A DNA stretch of 64,000 bases from Candidatus Parcubacteria bacterium (GCA_021731405.1 JAKFXN010000002.1:3151-67150), one strand, 5' to 3'. Counted from the stretch's first letter, positions 48,523 through 58,972 are shown. The notes: generated by a model not told the origin, from the letters alone. Translations and numbers: made by a program.

Positions 48523-51285
48523 ATGACAGAAGGTGTACCAAAACAATTCTCTTCCCCCGAGGAAGAGCTTGTGTATTTACGGCAACAAATCGCAGACCGC
48601 GAACGCGAATTATTGATGCGAAATCCTGAGACAGATGGAGCGGACACTGAGACTATCGGTCGCCAAGAAATCAAAGAGTACGCGACTTTTACGCCGCAAG
48701 TCATCTTGGCACGGGAACACGCCCTTGATCCCCATACTCTGGCTGCATCTGTCGAGCAGGTAGCTATTTCGCATGACCCAGTGGCCGATATTATGAAAGT
48801 GGCTACGGAAAAAGGTATTCGTAATGCTCTTTCAGTGCTTGAAAAAGTAAATAACGCTTACGTGATAGATGAGGTGCATCGTCAGCTGGTTGAATACATT
48901 AGTGCAGGAGCATCCTTTCAAGATTTAAAAGAAGGTATGGCTCCGTGGCATGTGCTCCATATGACCTTGTATGAAGTTACTCTGCCGGAAGTCACAGCTG
49001 TAGCTAGTAAAGAATATCAGCTGGCTGAGCTTGTTGGGATGATGGAGCAGTTGTTTGCTGGGTTACGCACTATCGGCTCACAGCAGGCAAATAATCACTT
49101 TGTAATTGAGATTGCTGTGGCAGACAACAGTGATGATATTGTATTTTACGTTGCTGTACCAAATCAGTTTGTGACGCTGTTTGAGAAGCAGACACTTTCC
49201 CTGTTCCCATTTGCTGAACTGACCGTAAAGTCACATGACTACAATATCTTTGTGGATGGGGGCACCACCCTTGTTTCTGAAGTCGCTCTAACCAAGCATC
49301 CTATTTATCCGCTGCGTACACATGAAGCGTTTACCTCAGATCCGCTTGCTGTCTTACTAAACGCTTTTTCTAAAATTGAACGTGAGGGTGGGGGAGCAGC
49401 AATACAGTTTGTGATGCGTCACCCTGTTCGCCAGTACCGTAAAGACTACGAGGGTATTATCAAAAATATCCAAAAAGGGATGAAGGCTTCGGAGGCTATC
49501 TCTCGTAGTACAGTAAGCGGCAGCCTCATTGCCGGTGTGAGTGATCTGTTTTCATCAAAAAAGAAAGACGCTATGGAGGAGCCAAAAACAATTGATTCAG
49601 AGAAAATTGAAATCTTTTCACGCAAAATTAAGACAGACATTATTGAGACCAATATTAGGATTGCTGTTTCAGCTAAAGAGCCACGCCGAGCGGAGCAAAT
49701 CCTGACCGAAATTGAATCCACCCTCAATCAATTTGGTGCCGTTGATGGAAATGCTTTTACTTTCAAACACAGTAAAGGAAGCGGCCTTCCAGCGATGCAA
49801 AAATCTTTTGCGTTTCGGGACTTTTCTGCAAAGGCAGCTCTTCCGCTTTCTCTCTCAGAACTCTCAGTCCTCATTCATTTCCCAAGTAACGGTATCTTAA
49901 GCTCACCACAGTTTAAACAGTCACAATCTGTAACTGCTCCAGCCCCACTCGATATGCCGACAGCAGGAACAATCTTGGGTGTAAATAAACATCGCAACGT
50001 CGAGACTCCTATCTATATGACAGAACTCGACCGAATGCGGCACCTCTACATCATCGGACAGACCGGTACGGGTAAGTCTAAGTTTATGACTAACACCATC
50101 ATCCAAGACATTCAGCAGGGAAATGGTGTTTGTATGATTGACCCGCACGGAACCGACATAGAAGAGGTGCTGGGTGCAATCCCTCCTGAGCGTGCCAAAG
50201 ATGTTATTTATTTTGACCCTTCACAAATGGATAATGTGGTAGGACTCAATATGCTTGAGTACGACGAAACAAAACCTGAACAAAAGACCTTTGTGGTCAA
50301 TGAGCTTTTTTCTATTTTCCAAAAACTCTATGGTGCCAATCCAGAGAGTATGGGGCCGATGTTTGAGCAATATTTTAGAAATGCCACTATGCTCGTGATG
50401 GAAGATCCAGAGAGTGGCAATACGCTCATGGATATCTCACGTGTGATGGTGGACGCACAATATCGTCGTTATAAACTTTCAAAAGCCAAGAATCCCGTTG
50501 TTGTCCAATTTTGGACAGAGATAGCTACCAAAGCAGGTGGGGAAGCAGCGCTTGAAAATATCGTACCGTATATTGTATCTAAGTTTGATGTTTTTACCGC
50601 CAATGACTACATGCGTCCGATTATCGGGCAGCAAAAATCTGCCTTCAATTTTAGACAAGTGATGGATGAAAGAAAGATTCTGTTGGTGAATCTTTCAAAG
50701 GGGCGGCTAGGTGAAATTAATGCCAACCTCATCGGTATGATTGTAGTTGGAAAGATTTTAATGGCAGCGCTCTCTCGGGTGGATGATCCGACGCGAAGCT
50801 TTCCTCCATTTTATTTACATATAGACGAATTCCAAAACGTTTCAACTCCAGCTATTGCATCAATTCTCTCTGAGGCACGGAAGTACAAACTCAGTCTGAC
50901 TGTCGTACACCAGTTTATTGCGCAGCTGGATCAAAATATAAAAGAGGCGGTATTTGGAAACGTTGGCTCCATAGTGTCGTTCCGAGTTGGTACTGAAGAT
51001 GCACAATTTTTGGAGCAGCAATTTGCCCCAGTCTTTTCAGCTAAAGACATTATGAATGTGCCAAACTATAATGCCTTTTTGCGCATTTTGGTAAATGGTG
51101 TGCCAACTAAGCCGTTTAGTATGGCAACAATGCCGCCTATTGTTTCTGACCCAGCTCGTGTGGCAGCTATTATTCAGGAAAGCGCGCTGCGTCATGGTCG
51201 TCCGCGAGCGGAAGTGGAAGCAGAGATAGCAGCGCGTTATGTTAAGAAGCCAGCGGCTGCTGGAGCAGCAGGCAGTATACTGTAA
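48523..51285 (+). CDS. large P-loop NTPase of the FtsK/HerA/VirB4-VirD4 (AAA_10-like) superfamily, soluble N-terminal 470-aa region
   Basis: Walker A IIGQTGTGKSKF and Walker B FYLHIDEFQNV. The following ARKYKLSLTVVHQFIAQLDQNIKEAVFGNVGSIVSFRVG block resembles the conserved C-terminal core of conjugative coupling/VirB4-type ATPases. No N-terminal TM helices. Confidence 0.6.
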   Translation: MTEGVPKQFSSPEEELVYLRQQIADRERELLMRNPETDGADTETIGRQEIKEYATFTPQVILAREHALDPHTLAASVEQVAISHDPVADIMKVATEKGIRNALSVLEKVNNAYVIDEVHRQLVEYISAGASFQDLKEGMAPWHVLHMTLYEVTLPEVTAVASKEYQLAELVGMMEQLFAGLRTIGSQQANNHFVIEIAVADNSDDIVFYVAVPNQFVTLFEKQTLSLFPFAELTVKSHDYNIFVDGGTTLVSEVALTKHPIYPLRTHEAFTSDPLAVLLNAFSKIEREGGGAAIQFVMRHPVRQYRKDYEGIIKNIQKGMKASEAISRSTVSGSLIAGVSDLFSSKKKDAMEEPKTIDSEKIEIFSRKIKTDIIETNIRIAVSAKEPRRAEQILTEIESTLNQFGAVDGNAFTFKHSKGSGLPAMQKSFAFRDFSAKAALPLSLSELSVLIHFPSNGILSSPQFKQSQSVTAPAPLDMPTAGTILGVNKHRNVETPIYMTELDRMRHLYIIGQTGTGKSKFMTNTIIQDIQQGNGVCMIDPHGTDIEEVLGAIPPERAKDVIYFDPSQMDNVVGLNMLEYDETKPEQKTFVVNELFSIFQKLYGANPESMGPMFEQYFRNATMLVMEDPESGNTLMDISRVMVDAQYRRYKLSKAKNPVVVQFWTEIATKAGGEAALENIVPYIVSKFDVFTANDYMRPIIGQQKSAFNFRQVMDERKILLVNLSKGRLGEINANLIGMIVVGKILMAALSRVDDPTRSFPPFYLHIDEFQNVSTPAIASILSEARKYKLSLTVVHQFIAQLDQNIKEAVFGNVGSIVSFRVGTEDAQFLEQQFAPVFSAKDIMNVPNYNAFLRILVNGVPTKPFSMATMPPIVSDPARVAAIIQESALRHGRPRAEVEAEIAARYVKKPAAAGAAGSIL

Positions 51286-51293
51286 TTACTACT

Positions 51294-54200
51294 ATGAGTT
51301 CTGAACGACCTACTACAACTAATACCCTTGAGACTGGTCAAATAATCAGGATATTCGAACAGACACAAAGTCTAAAGCTTACTCATGAGGCGGAGCACTC
51401 AGTCATGCAGAGTGCAGCCGACAAACTCAAAGAGGAGGGAGTGTTTAACACACACAAAGAGCTTTTTGTTGCGGCTTGGGGCTTACATGAACAGATTACT
51501 AGAGGTCTGAATGAGCTCATCGTCGCTGAAAAAAATAAAACACTGAGCCCCTATCACGTCAGACTTCTTCGTGATGTCGAAAATACAGATATAGAATTTG
51601 CTGCCATAAAAAACGAGGTTATAAAAATATTGACTACTCTGGGGTATGAAGAACAAGAGGTTCCTGAAAACCAAACAGCTCTAGAATCCGAGGCTCCTGC
51701 CGCGACTAATGAGGTGGCAATTGAAGTGGGTGCTAGTTCAGAACCAGAAATGTCCGAGGTAGCACTTGCTACGGAGGTGCAAGAAAATAATCCGTCGGAA
51801 ATAGCCAAACTAACAGAACTATATCGACTTGCCGATATTAGTGCGTTTAGAATAAATCCGAGCGAAAATAGAATTCAATATAAAACGTTTGATGTTATTG
51901 AAAGTGATATACAGGGCGTGCTTACTAATGCTGGTTTCAATAGTGGAATGGTCTTAGTCTTTATGAATGAGGCGGTGAATCGCCTTAAACATGAAATCAA
52001 TGAATTGCTACAGCGGCAAGCAGCAGAAAGTAACTCAGACGAGAAACAAAGATTGCGAGCAATAGTCACAGAGAAGTACCAGGAGATATTAACAGCTGTC
52101 GCTGGCTTCATGTTAACGGAAAAGGTAGACGAGGCAGAAGGGTTGGTTGATAGCGAGCTTCCAACCGAAGGTCTCGATAATCTTGATGACGCAATAGAGT
52201 CCACGCTTCAAGAGTTCGCTACTTTGGAACAAAGTGGTCTTTACACTGATAACGATACTGCTTTTAAGAAAGCGGCTGTTGCTGCTGGGAGACTGCAATC
52301 ATATACAGAAACGGATGAGGTCAGGGCGTCACACGACAAAGAGCGTTACTTACGCAAACTACAGGCTGCCTTGGCAGAAATCAAAGGTCAGACAGAAGAC
52401 AATGTCCCTGAAGTAATCCTTACCGACACGACAGCCCCTGAAATTGCAATGGAAGTAGCAGAGCGAGCCATTCTTGATGAAGCTGTTGCTGAGCCGGTCG
52501 TCGTGACTCCTGAATTCGCTAATCTTGAACCAGTAGAAGAAGTTTCACTCAAAAATCCAGGAGTGCTCTCTGTTGAGGAAGTGGCAGGAAAAAAGAAACA
52601 CGAAGCGCTGTTTGAAGTAAAGAGTGAATATAAAGAAAAACAGCAAGCCTACAAAGAGGCCTTAGCTGATTTTTACGAAGAGCAAAAAAGTAACGCCACA
52701 ATACAGTCACAAATCGGAGCGGGATTTAGAAAAATAACTGGCCTGGGCCTGAGTCCAGAACTCCCTCCAGCGATTTTAGCGTTGCAAAATGAATACAAGC
52801 AGTTACGGGCCGTCTACGCTGAGTCATTAAACCAAGCTCTTATCGAGCGTTCACAAAGAGAGGGAAACAGAGAACATAGTCTTGCTTCTGATGGAGCTAA
52901 GATTGCTTTTGGTAAGAAGTTTATTTTAAAACCAAATCAAGAGATAGTGGCGCTGCAAGAAACCGCCATACTGTCACCAGAAGTGAAAGAAAGGCTTGGT
53001 CGAGTGATGGAGTTGATGGCTAAACATAAGTGGGCCGCGAGAATTGGTATTGTGGCCGCAGCCGGTATTGTTGGTGGGCTAAGTGGTGGAGCAGGATTCG
53101 TGTTGGCTGGTGCTGGGGCCGCTAGTTTCCAGGCCTCTAAGATGGCTCTTTCTGCTGTCGCTGGTGCGGGTGCTGGGTACGGAGCAAATAGGCTGACCCA
53201 AGGTGGGGTAGATAAAGCCTCAGCTAATTTTGATACTACAAGCAAGGGGTTCACACTAGCTGATCTAGATGCGTTTGAGACAGAGCTCATTAGTGCCGAG
53301 TCGAACCTTCGGTCAGCCAAAACGAGACAAAAAGTCGCTACGATTGGCGCAGCTGTGTTGGCGGGAGGCACAACTGGGTACAGTCTCGCATCTGTTGATG
53401 TAGATAGTTTTTTGCCGGGGAATAGGGAAGGGTTAAGCAAGGAAGCGGTCGACAGAATAGTGGCTGATGAAATCGCTGCTTCTGGAGTCGTGGATTCAAA
53501 TAATCCTACAGCTGATTCTTCTCCCGTATCAACTGAACAGAAAGTCGAAGCAATACCAGAAATACCTGGTTTTAAGATTGAGACATTTACTATTCCGTAC
53601 TACGGATTTTCTAGTGGTGGAGAAACTTTTGAGACAGTAATAGCTAACACAAAAATTGAGGGAGCGTTTAGTACTGGTCCATTACCTGAAGCGAACAGGC
53701 TTGAACTCATAAAAGAAATAAAACTCAGTATGGATGGTTCGCTCTATGCTCATCCAAGCATACCAGAAGGTAAACTTGAAGCGGAGGTATTAAGCAAGGT
53801 GCAGGCGAAGTTCGCGGATGCTCCTTGGTACAGAGAAGCTGGAATAACCAAAATCAATATCGGGCATATGTACAACCAGGAATATACAATGCCTGGGTTA
53901 GAGCCTGTGGAGGTGTCTGAAAAAATAATAACCGGCGCGTCTCAAGAAAAAATTGGTTCAACCTATGTTGTACAAAAGGGAGACACTCTTTCTGAAATAA
54001 CTGAAAAAAGATTCGCAGAGCAATTGAAAGACATTCCAGCCAATAAGCGGGGAGTTCTTTTGGACGAATTATTTAGAAACATTCAAGCAGATGCTGACTT
54101 GCGTGGTTCTCTCGGTATTCGAAGTGGGGATGTCGATTTAATTTACCCAAATGAAAAACTAAATCTCGACGGTGTTGAAGCTGAACTAACGAGGCTCGTA

Positions 54201-54815
54201 GAGCGAGAACAGATACTGGAAAATTTCCGTACCTCCGGTCCGCTTTCAGTGGAGGCTGATGCTGACGTAAAAAATGTTCCTATTACAGTGGTTGAAAAAC
54301 CAGTACCAGCGACAGTAGATGTAACTGCTGATAGCGGAAGGGTGTACAAAGAAGCGGTACCAACACCTGTTCCAAAACCGGTTGAGCTAGTGGCTCCACG
54401 ACCGTACTCTCTAAATGGACAGTTCGCTGATACGCCTGCTTACAAAGAGTACCTGCAAAAAGTTTTTGGTACAGCGAAACTTATGGAGCGCGCTGTTGAA
54501 ACCGCAGCTACCAACTTTGATAAGACTACCTACGACATTTTTGAAAGCTTTGGTACTTACTACGAAAGCCCGTATCGTTTTCTTGGGGACATGACACTCC
54601 AGCAGGTAACGGAGTTTGAGACTCAGCCAAATGATCAAATCAGAGCTTTTTTGAATGATAATAAAATCAAGTACGAAACGTATTTGGCTTGGTTAGATAA
54701 AATAGATGAGATGGCTAAGGCTTTACCAAATCAAAGTGAGACCAGAGTGTCAGATCTCTTTACTCGGTATGTTGCGGAAACACAGTCATTGCGTCCTAAT
54801 TCATTGTTAAAATAA
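51294..54815 (+). CDS. large (1173 aa) envelope protein: acidic coiled-coil N-terminus, Gly/Ala-zipper membrane segment, LysM-like domain
   Basis: Starts 9 nt after the ATPase gene. The hydrophobic stretch IGIVAAAGIVGGLSGGAGFVLAGAGAAS is present. The LysM-like stretch is YVVQKGDTLSEITEKRF...IYPNEKLNL. Confidence 0.55.
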   Translation: MSSERPTTTNTLETGQIIRIFEQTQSLKLTHEAEHSVMQSAADKLKEEGVFNTHKELFVAAWGLHEQITRGLNELIVAEKNKTLSPYHVRLLRDVENTDIEFAAIKNEVIKILTTLGYEEQEVPENQTALESEAPAATNEVAIEVGASSEPEMSEVALATEVQENNPSEIAKLTELYRLADISAFRINPSENRIQYKTFDVIESDIQGVLTNAGFNSGMVLVFMNEAVNRLKHEINELLQRQAAESNSDEKQRLRAIVTEKYQEILTAVAGFMLTEKVDEAEGLVDSELPTEGLDNLDDAIESTLQEFATLEQSGLYTDNDTAFKKAAVAAGRLQSYTETDEVRASHDKERYLRKLQAALAEIKGQTEDNVPEVILTDTTAPEIAMEVAERAILDEAVAEPVVVTPEFANLEPVEEVSLKNPGVLSVEEVAGKKKHEALFEVKSEYKEKQQAYKEALADFYEEQKSNATIQSQIGAGFRKITGLGLSPELPPAILALQNEYKQLRAVYAESLNQALIERSQREGNREHSLASDGAKIAFGKKFILKPNQEIVALQETAILSPEVKERLGRVMELMAKHKWAARIGIVAAAGIVGGLSGGAGFVLAGAGAASFQASKMALSAVAGAGAGYGANRLTQGGVDKASANFDTTSKGFTLADLDAFETELISAESNLRSAKTRQKVATIGAAVLAGGTTGYSLASVDVDSFLPGNREGLSKEAVDRIVADEIAASGVVDSNNPTADSSPVSTEQKVEAIPEIPGFKIETFTIPYYGFSSGGETFETVIANTKIEGAFSTGPLPEANRLELIKEIKLSMDGSLYAHPSIPEGKLEAEVLSKVQAKFADAPWYREAGITKINIGHMYNQEYTMPGLEPVEVSEKIITGASQEKIGSTYVVQKGDTLSEITEKRFAEQLKDIPANKRGVLLDELFRNIQADADLRGSLGIRSGDVDLIYPNEKLNLDGVEAELTRLVEREQILENFRTSGPLSVEADADVKNVPITVVEKPVPATVDVTADSGRVYKEAVPTPVPKPVELVAPRPYSLNGQFADTPAYKEYLQKVFGTAKLMERAVETAATNFDKTTYDIFESFGTYYESPYRFLGDMTLQQVTEFETQPNDQIRAFLNDNKIKYETYLAWLDKIDEMAKALPNQSETRVSDLFTRYVAETQSLRPNSLLK

Positions 54816-54816
54816 T

Positions 54817-55116
54817 ATGACAAACTTAACAGCTACAAAAAATACTTCTGATCTATCTTCTCTTTTTATCTTCGATAATTTTGAAGGAGAGGAGCAGCAG
54901 GCATTTCTAGAAGAAGTAGGTACTTTGATTTTCCAGAGCGCTTTAATGCAGCATTTGTCTGTAGTTTCTGATATCGAAGCTGAACGATTTGAAAGATTTG
55001 TCGAAAGCCACATCGACACGGAAACATTTGTTGATGTGTTATGTTTGGAATTTCCGCAGTTTGAAAAAGTCTTGACCTCCGAGATGCGTGCGTTCAATTC
55101 AGAAATGAAATTATAA
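54817..55116 (+). CDS. small acidic hypothetical protein
   Basis: 99 aa. Starts 2 nt after the preceding gene. Confidence 0.4.
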   Translation: MTNLTATKNTSDLSSLFIFDNFEGEEQQAFLEEVGTLIFQSALMQHLSVVSDIEAERFERFVESHIDTETFVDVLCLEFPQFEKVLTSEMRAFNSEMKL

Positions 55117-55183
55117 ATTAATACACAGCTGTTCTTGCAATCATGCTGTGTTCAAATGGAGAGAGTGGTATGATAAATGAGTT

Positions 55184-56566
55184 ATGGACCAAGGAAGTTC
55201 TTTAAATAATTCTTTTGATTTTAATTCGCAAGCCGGAGTCATGTCGCTCTTGGCTTCTATTCGTGCAAGCACGCTTTCTCCAGCCGAAAAAAACGAGCTG
55301 CGAGATTTAGTATTTTTATATACCAATGGTGGGGGAGATGTATCGGTGCGTATTGCACTTGAACAAAAACTTGTTGCTCACAAAATAACTCAAGGGCCAG
55401 CGAAGCAAGCTTCAGCCCCTGCTCCAGTTTTGCCTTTTGGTAGTTCTCGTCCTGCACCAGTGTTTAAGATGCCAGTAGCTAGTTCAACACCCGCTCCAGC
55501 AGCTGCACCTGTTGCTCCAGCACCGGTGGTGGCGCCAGCCCCAGCGCCTGTTGTAGAAGCTGCACCTGTAGTTGCTGTACCAACTCCAACTCCTGCACCT
55601 GAGCCAGTAGCAGTTGTTCCTGCACCCGTCGCACCAGCTCCCGTTGCAGCCCCAGCCCCAGTTGCTATGCAGGTGCCAGTAACCAGTGGCGCAAATACCA
55701 ATTATCTAGACAGAATCCGAGAAATTAAAACCGCTGTAAACAGTAAGGTTGGGAATCCCGTTAATTTGGTTGATATCAACAATGAAGTTGGTCGCGAGTA
55801 CATGAACGCGCTGCTTGAAGCGATGAAGAGACTGAGTGGTGGAGCAGGTGGACAGATAGAGCTGGCGATGCAAAGACTCGAAACAGCGTATCAAGCAGTT
55901 GAAGTGGCTGTAGCAGCACATACACAAGCAGCTCCCGTGGCAGCGCCAGAACCAACCCCTGTAGCACCAGCTCCTGCACCTGAGCCGGTAGCGATACCAA
56001 CGCCAATAGTACATACACCTGCTCCAGAAGTGGTAATAGCCACACCTGACATGCCAGTAGATTTGGTTGCTATTGCACAAGGTCCTAGTGGATTTGATGT
56101 GGCAAGTGTTCCTCCTGAAGCACCTATTGTAGTACCAGTTGCAGCGCCTTCATTTGCTTCAATTGCCACTGAGAAAAAAATACTCACTCCACAAGACTTA
56201 CCAGCAGCTGCTTCTATTTCAACCAGTGCGTCTGGTGACCCATATCGAACAAAAGAAATAGATGACGGTCTAGAACAACTGCTTTCAGACTGGGTACTCT
56301 TCAAGAAAAGTGGTCTTTTTGGTACTGGTCCAAAGGGTCGTGAGCACCCACTCTTCAAGAAGATTGCCGACTTACAGATACCACTTCTTCTAGCTGGTCG
56401 TTTTGAAGGCTCGACACAAGAAATCAAACAAAGTATTACTGATTACATGAATGGTTGGCGCTACGAGCAGGGTATTATCTACGAGCAAGGTGAGACTTTC
56501 GAGCATTATCTAAGACGTGTTATTAAGCAAATTCTCGATTTGCAAAAAAAACGCAGACCAGCATAA
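55184..56566 (+). CDS. Pro/Ala-rich low-complexity protein with globular N- and C-terminal domains
   Basis: About 250 aa of PAPVAAPAP-type repeats between an N-terminal 70-aa domain and a C-terminal domain of about 130 aa. Confidence 0.5.
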   Translation: MDQGSSLNNSFDFNSQAGVMSLLASIRASTLSPAEKNELRDLVFLYTNGGGDVSVRIALEQKLVAHKITQGPAKQASAPAPVLPFGSSRPAPVFKMPVASSTPAPAAAPVAPAPVVAPAPAPVVEAAPVVAVPTPTPAPEPVAVVPAPVAPAPVAAPAPVAMQVPVTSGANTNYLDRIREIKTAVNSKVGNPVNLVDINNEVGREYMNALLEAMKRLSGGAGGQIELAMQRLETAYQAVEVAVAAHTQAAPVAAPEPTPVAPAPAPEPVAIPTPIVHTPAPEVVIATPDMPVDLVAIAQGPSGFDVASVPPEAPIVVPVAAPSFASIATEKKILTPQDLPAAASISTSASGDPYRTKEIDDGLEQLLSDWVLFKKSGLFGTGPKGREHPLFKKIADLQIPLLLAGRFEGSTQEIKQSITDYMNGWRYEQGIIYEQGETFEHYLRRVIKQILDLQKKRRPA

Positions 56567-56573
56567 TGGAGTA

Positions 56574-57194
56574 ATGCTTACGCACCACGCGTTTATCTGT
56601 CGCACTCCTGTATTTACAGATACTCATATAAGAGACATACGCGCCTCTTTTCCCTTAAGTGCTGAGACCGAGTACGTCACCCTTGAAGCTTTCGGTATCG
56701 ATGATGTTCGTACCTTAACCGAAAAAGCTTTTGTGCGACCAAAGGAAGGGAAGCAATTGCTTTTGGTTGTAGGATTAAAGACGATTACGGTTGAGTCGCA
56801 ACAAGCTCTCTTAAAAATTCTAGAAGAACCGCCTTCTTCCACCACTTTTTTATTTATTGTTCCAAAAACACTCTTTCTGCTTCCGACGCTCCTCTCTCGC
56901 TTTCATGAGTATGAGTACCCAACAGAAGTGGTAGAGAAACCAAATCAAAGTTTTCTAAACTTCAAAAGCCTTTCGCCCGCTGATAGAATTGTGCTCATTA
57001 CCGAAAAAATGGCTGCTAAGGATACGAATTGGGTTGAGGAGATTAAAATTGGTCTACAGAGCCTGCTTCAAGAACCAAAAAGTGGAGCGAAGCTACAGAA
57101 TGTTGCCACTCTCTACTTTGTAGCAGAGCATTTACAAACCCGTGGTGCTGCCAATAAGATGCTCCTTGAAGAACTAGCTTTATCGCTCACCTAG
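56574..57194 (+). CDS. holB: DNA polymerase III delta' subunit-like (clamp-loader, degenerate P-loop)
   Basis: QQALLKILEEPP (the xNALLKTLEEPP box) and upstream HHAFIC. No GxxGxGK P-loop. The ORF-track start at 56517 overlaps the upstream gene, so the internal ATG at 56574 is preferred. Confidence 0.65.
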   Translation: MLTHHAFICRTPVFTDTHIRDIRASFPLSAETEYVTLEAFGIDDVRTLTEKAFVRPKEGKQLLLVVGLKTITVESQQALLKILEEPPSSTTFLFIVPKTLFLLPTLLSRFHEYEYPTEVVEKPNQSFLNFKSLSPADRIVLITEKMAAKDTNWVEEIKIGLQSLLQEPKSGAKLQNVATLYFVAEHLQTRGAANKMLLEELALSLT

Positions 57195-57244
57195 CTAGCC
57201 TCAAAGCCATAAAGTGGTACACTATAGAAAATTGTAAAGTTTTA

Positions 57245-57796
57245 ATGATTTGTATGAGTATTGAAATAAATAAACGTTTGGACGAAGTAATTGAGTGGTT
57301 ACAAAAAGAATATGCCGGTATCCGGACAGGGCAAGCAAACCCAAGTTTGCTTGATTCAGTAAAAGTTGAGACATATGGAACTTACTTACCAATTCAGCAA
57401 ATTGGTTCTGTGAGCGGGGAAGACGCGCGAACACTTAGAGTTTCTTTGTGGGATAGTAGTCAGGTACCAGCGCTTGAGCGGGCTATTCGTGAAGCTGATC
57501 TCGGTGTATCGGTCGTGTCTGATTCTTCTGGTCTTCGGGTTATCTTTCCAGAGCTCACCAGTGAGCGTCGCGCGCAGCTCATGAAGCTGGCCAAGAGCAA
57601 ACTTGAAGACGCTCGCATATCAGTGCGTGGCGTGCGTGACGACGAAATGAAAGAACTCGATCGAAGTTTTAAAGCCAAAGAAATGGGCGAAGATGATATG
57701 TTCGCCAAAAAAGAAAAAATTCAGAAGAGTGTAGAGGAAACAAATAACAAACTCGAATCAATGTTTATACATAAAGAACGCGAGCTTCAAAAATAA
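57245..57796 (+). CDS. frr: ribosome recycling factor
   Basis: Typical RRF length and the LPIQQIGSVSGEDARTLRVSLWD ... RISVRGVRDD regions. Confidence 0.9.
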   Translation: MICMSIEINKRLDEVIEWLQKEYAGIRTGQANPSLLDSVKVETYGTYLPIQQIGSVSGEDARTLRVSLWDSSQVPALERAIREADLGVSVVSDSSGLRVIFPELTSERRAQLMKLAKSKLEDARISVRGVRDDEMKELDRSFKAKEMGEDDMFAKKEKIQKSVEETNNKLESMFIHKERELQK

Positions 57797-57799
57797 TTC

Positions 57800-58891
57800 A
57801 TGTCAGTCATTATCTTTTTTCTTGTCCTATTTGTTCTCATATTAGTCCATGAGTGGGGGCATTTCATTGCTGCTAAGAAAACGGGAATGCGCGTTGATGA
57901 ATTTGGTATTGGATTTCCACCAAAACTCTTTGGTGTAAAAAAGGGAGAGACAGAATACACACTGAACAGCTTGCCGATTGGTGGTTTTGTGAGAATTTAT
58001 GGTGAAAATCCAGAGTCTGTTGATGGACATGATTCAGATATTGCGCGAGCATTTGGTTCTCGTCCGAAGTGGGCGCAGGCAGTTGTGCTCGTGGCTGGTG
58101 TCACTATGAACGTCATTTTTGCGTGGCTGCTTTTCTTCGGAACAGCAATACTTGGTATTCCAACAGCGGTAGAGGAATCAGGAGCTTCTTCTGAAGCAGT
58201 CTTGTATATCTCGGGAGTACTTCCAAATGGTCCATTGCAAAATCTGATTAAACCTGGTTCACAGATACTGAGTCTAGAGAGTAATGGTCAAGAATTGGTA
58301 AATCCAAAACCGACGACCTTTAGTCAGTTTATACAAAATAACGCAGATAACGACGTAGTCATTACCTATCGGTATGGATCAGAAGAGGCTTCACTTACTG
58401 TGCGCCCAGCAGTTGGTCTTATTCCAGACGATGCAAACAAAGCAGCGGTTGGCGTTTCCCTGGCTATGGTAGAGACGCAGTCAGCGGGTTTTCTTGAAGC
58501 CATCATGTCTGCTTCAAGTCAGACATACAACGGTCTTGTAGCTATCACTACTGGTCTCTTTACACTGCTTGGTCAGTCACTGACAGGCACCGCTGATTTT
58601 TCACAAGTGGCAGGACCTGTCGGTATTGTAGGGATGGTAGGTGATGCGGCTGATTTTGGTATCACCGCACTCCTTACATTTACTGCGATGATATCTCTTA
58701 ACTTAGCTGTCATAAACATGCTCCCTGTACCAGCGCTTGATGGTGGACGATTGGTGTTTGTGGCTATTGAAGCAGTCACTCGTCGCCCGATCAATCCTGT
58801 TTGGACCGGCAGGGTAAACCTCATAGGCTTTGCCCTTCTTATGCTTCTCATGGTGGTAGTTACTTGGAACGACATAGCTCGTCTTCTCTAA
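57800..58891 (+). CDS. rseP: RIP site-2 zinc metalloprotease
   Basis: HEWGH (HExxH) in the first TM helix. Downstream PDZ-like region and LDGG motif. Confidence 0.85.
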   Translation: MSVIIFFLVLFVLILVHEWGHFIAAKKTGMRVDEFGIGFPPKLFGVKKGETEYTLNSLPIGGFVRIYGENPESVDGHDSDIARAFGSRPKWAQAVVLVAGVTMNVIFAWLLFFGTAILGIPTAVEESGASSEAVLYISGVLPNGPLQNLIKPGSQILSLESNGQELVNPKPTTFSQFIQNNADNDVVITYRYGSEEASLTVRPAVGLIPDDANKAAVGVSLAMVETQSAGFLEAIMSASSQTYNGLVAITTGLFTLLGQSLTGTADFSQVAGPVGIVGMVGDAADFGITALLTFTAMISLNLAVINMLPVPALDGGRLVFVAIEAVTRRPINPVWTGRVNLIGFALLMLLMVVVTWNDIARLL

Positions 58892-58908
58892 CATTTCTTA
58901 AACTAGAC

Positions 58909-58939
58909 AAAAATCCTACTTAGCAGTAGGATTTTTTTG
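58909..58939 (+). terminator. rho-independent terminator after rseP
   Basis: ATCCTACT-tagc-AGTAGGAT hairpin followed by TTTTTTT. Confidence 0.7.
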
Positions 58940-58972
58940 TACCGCAGTGCGGGTGTTCTTTGGGAGAAAATC

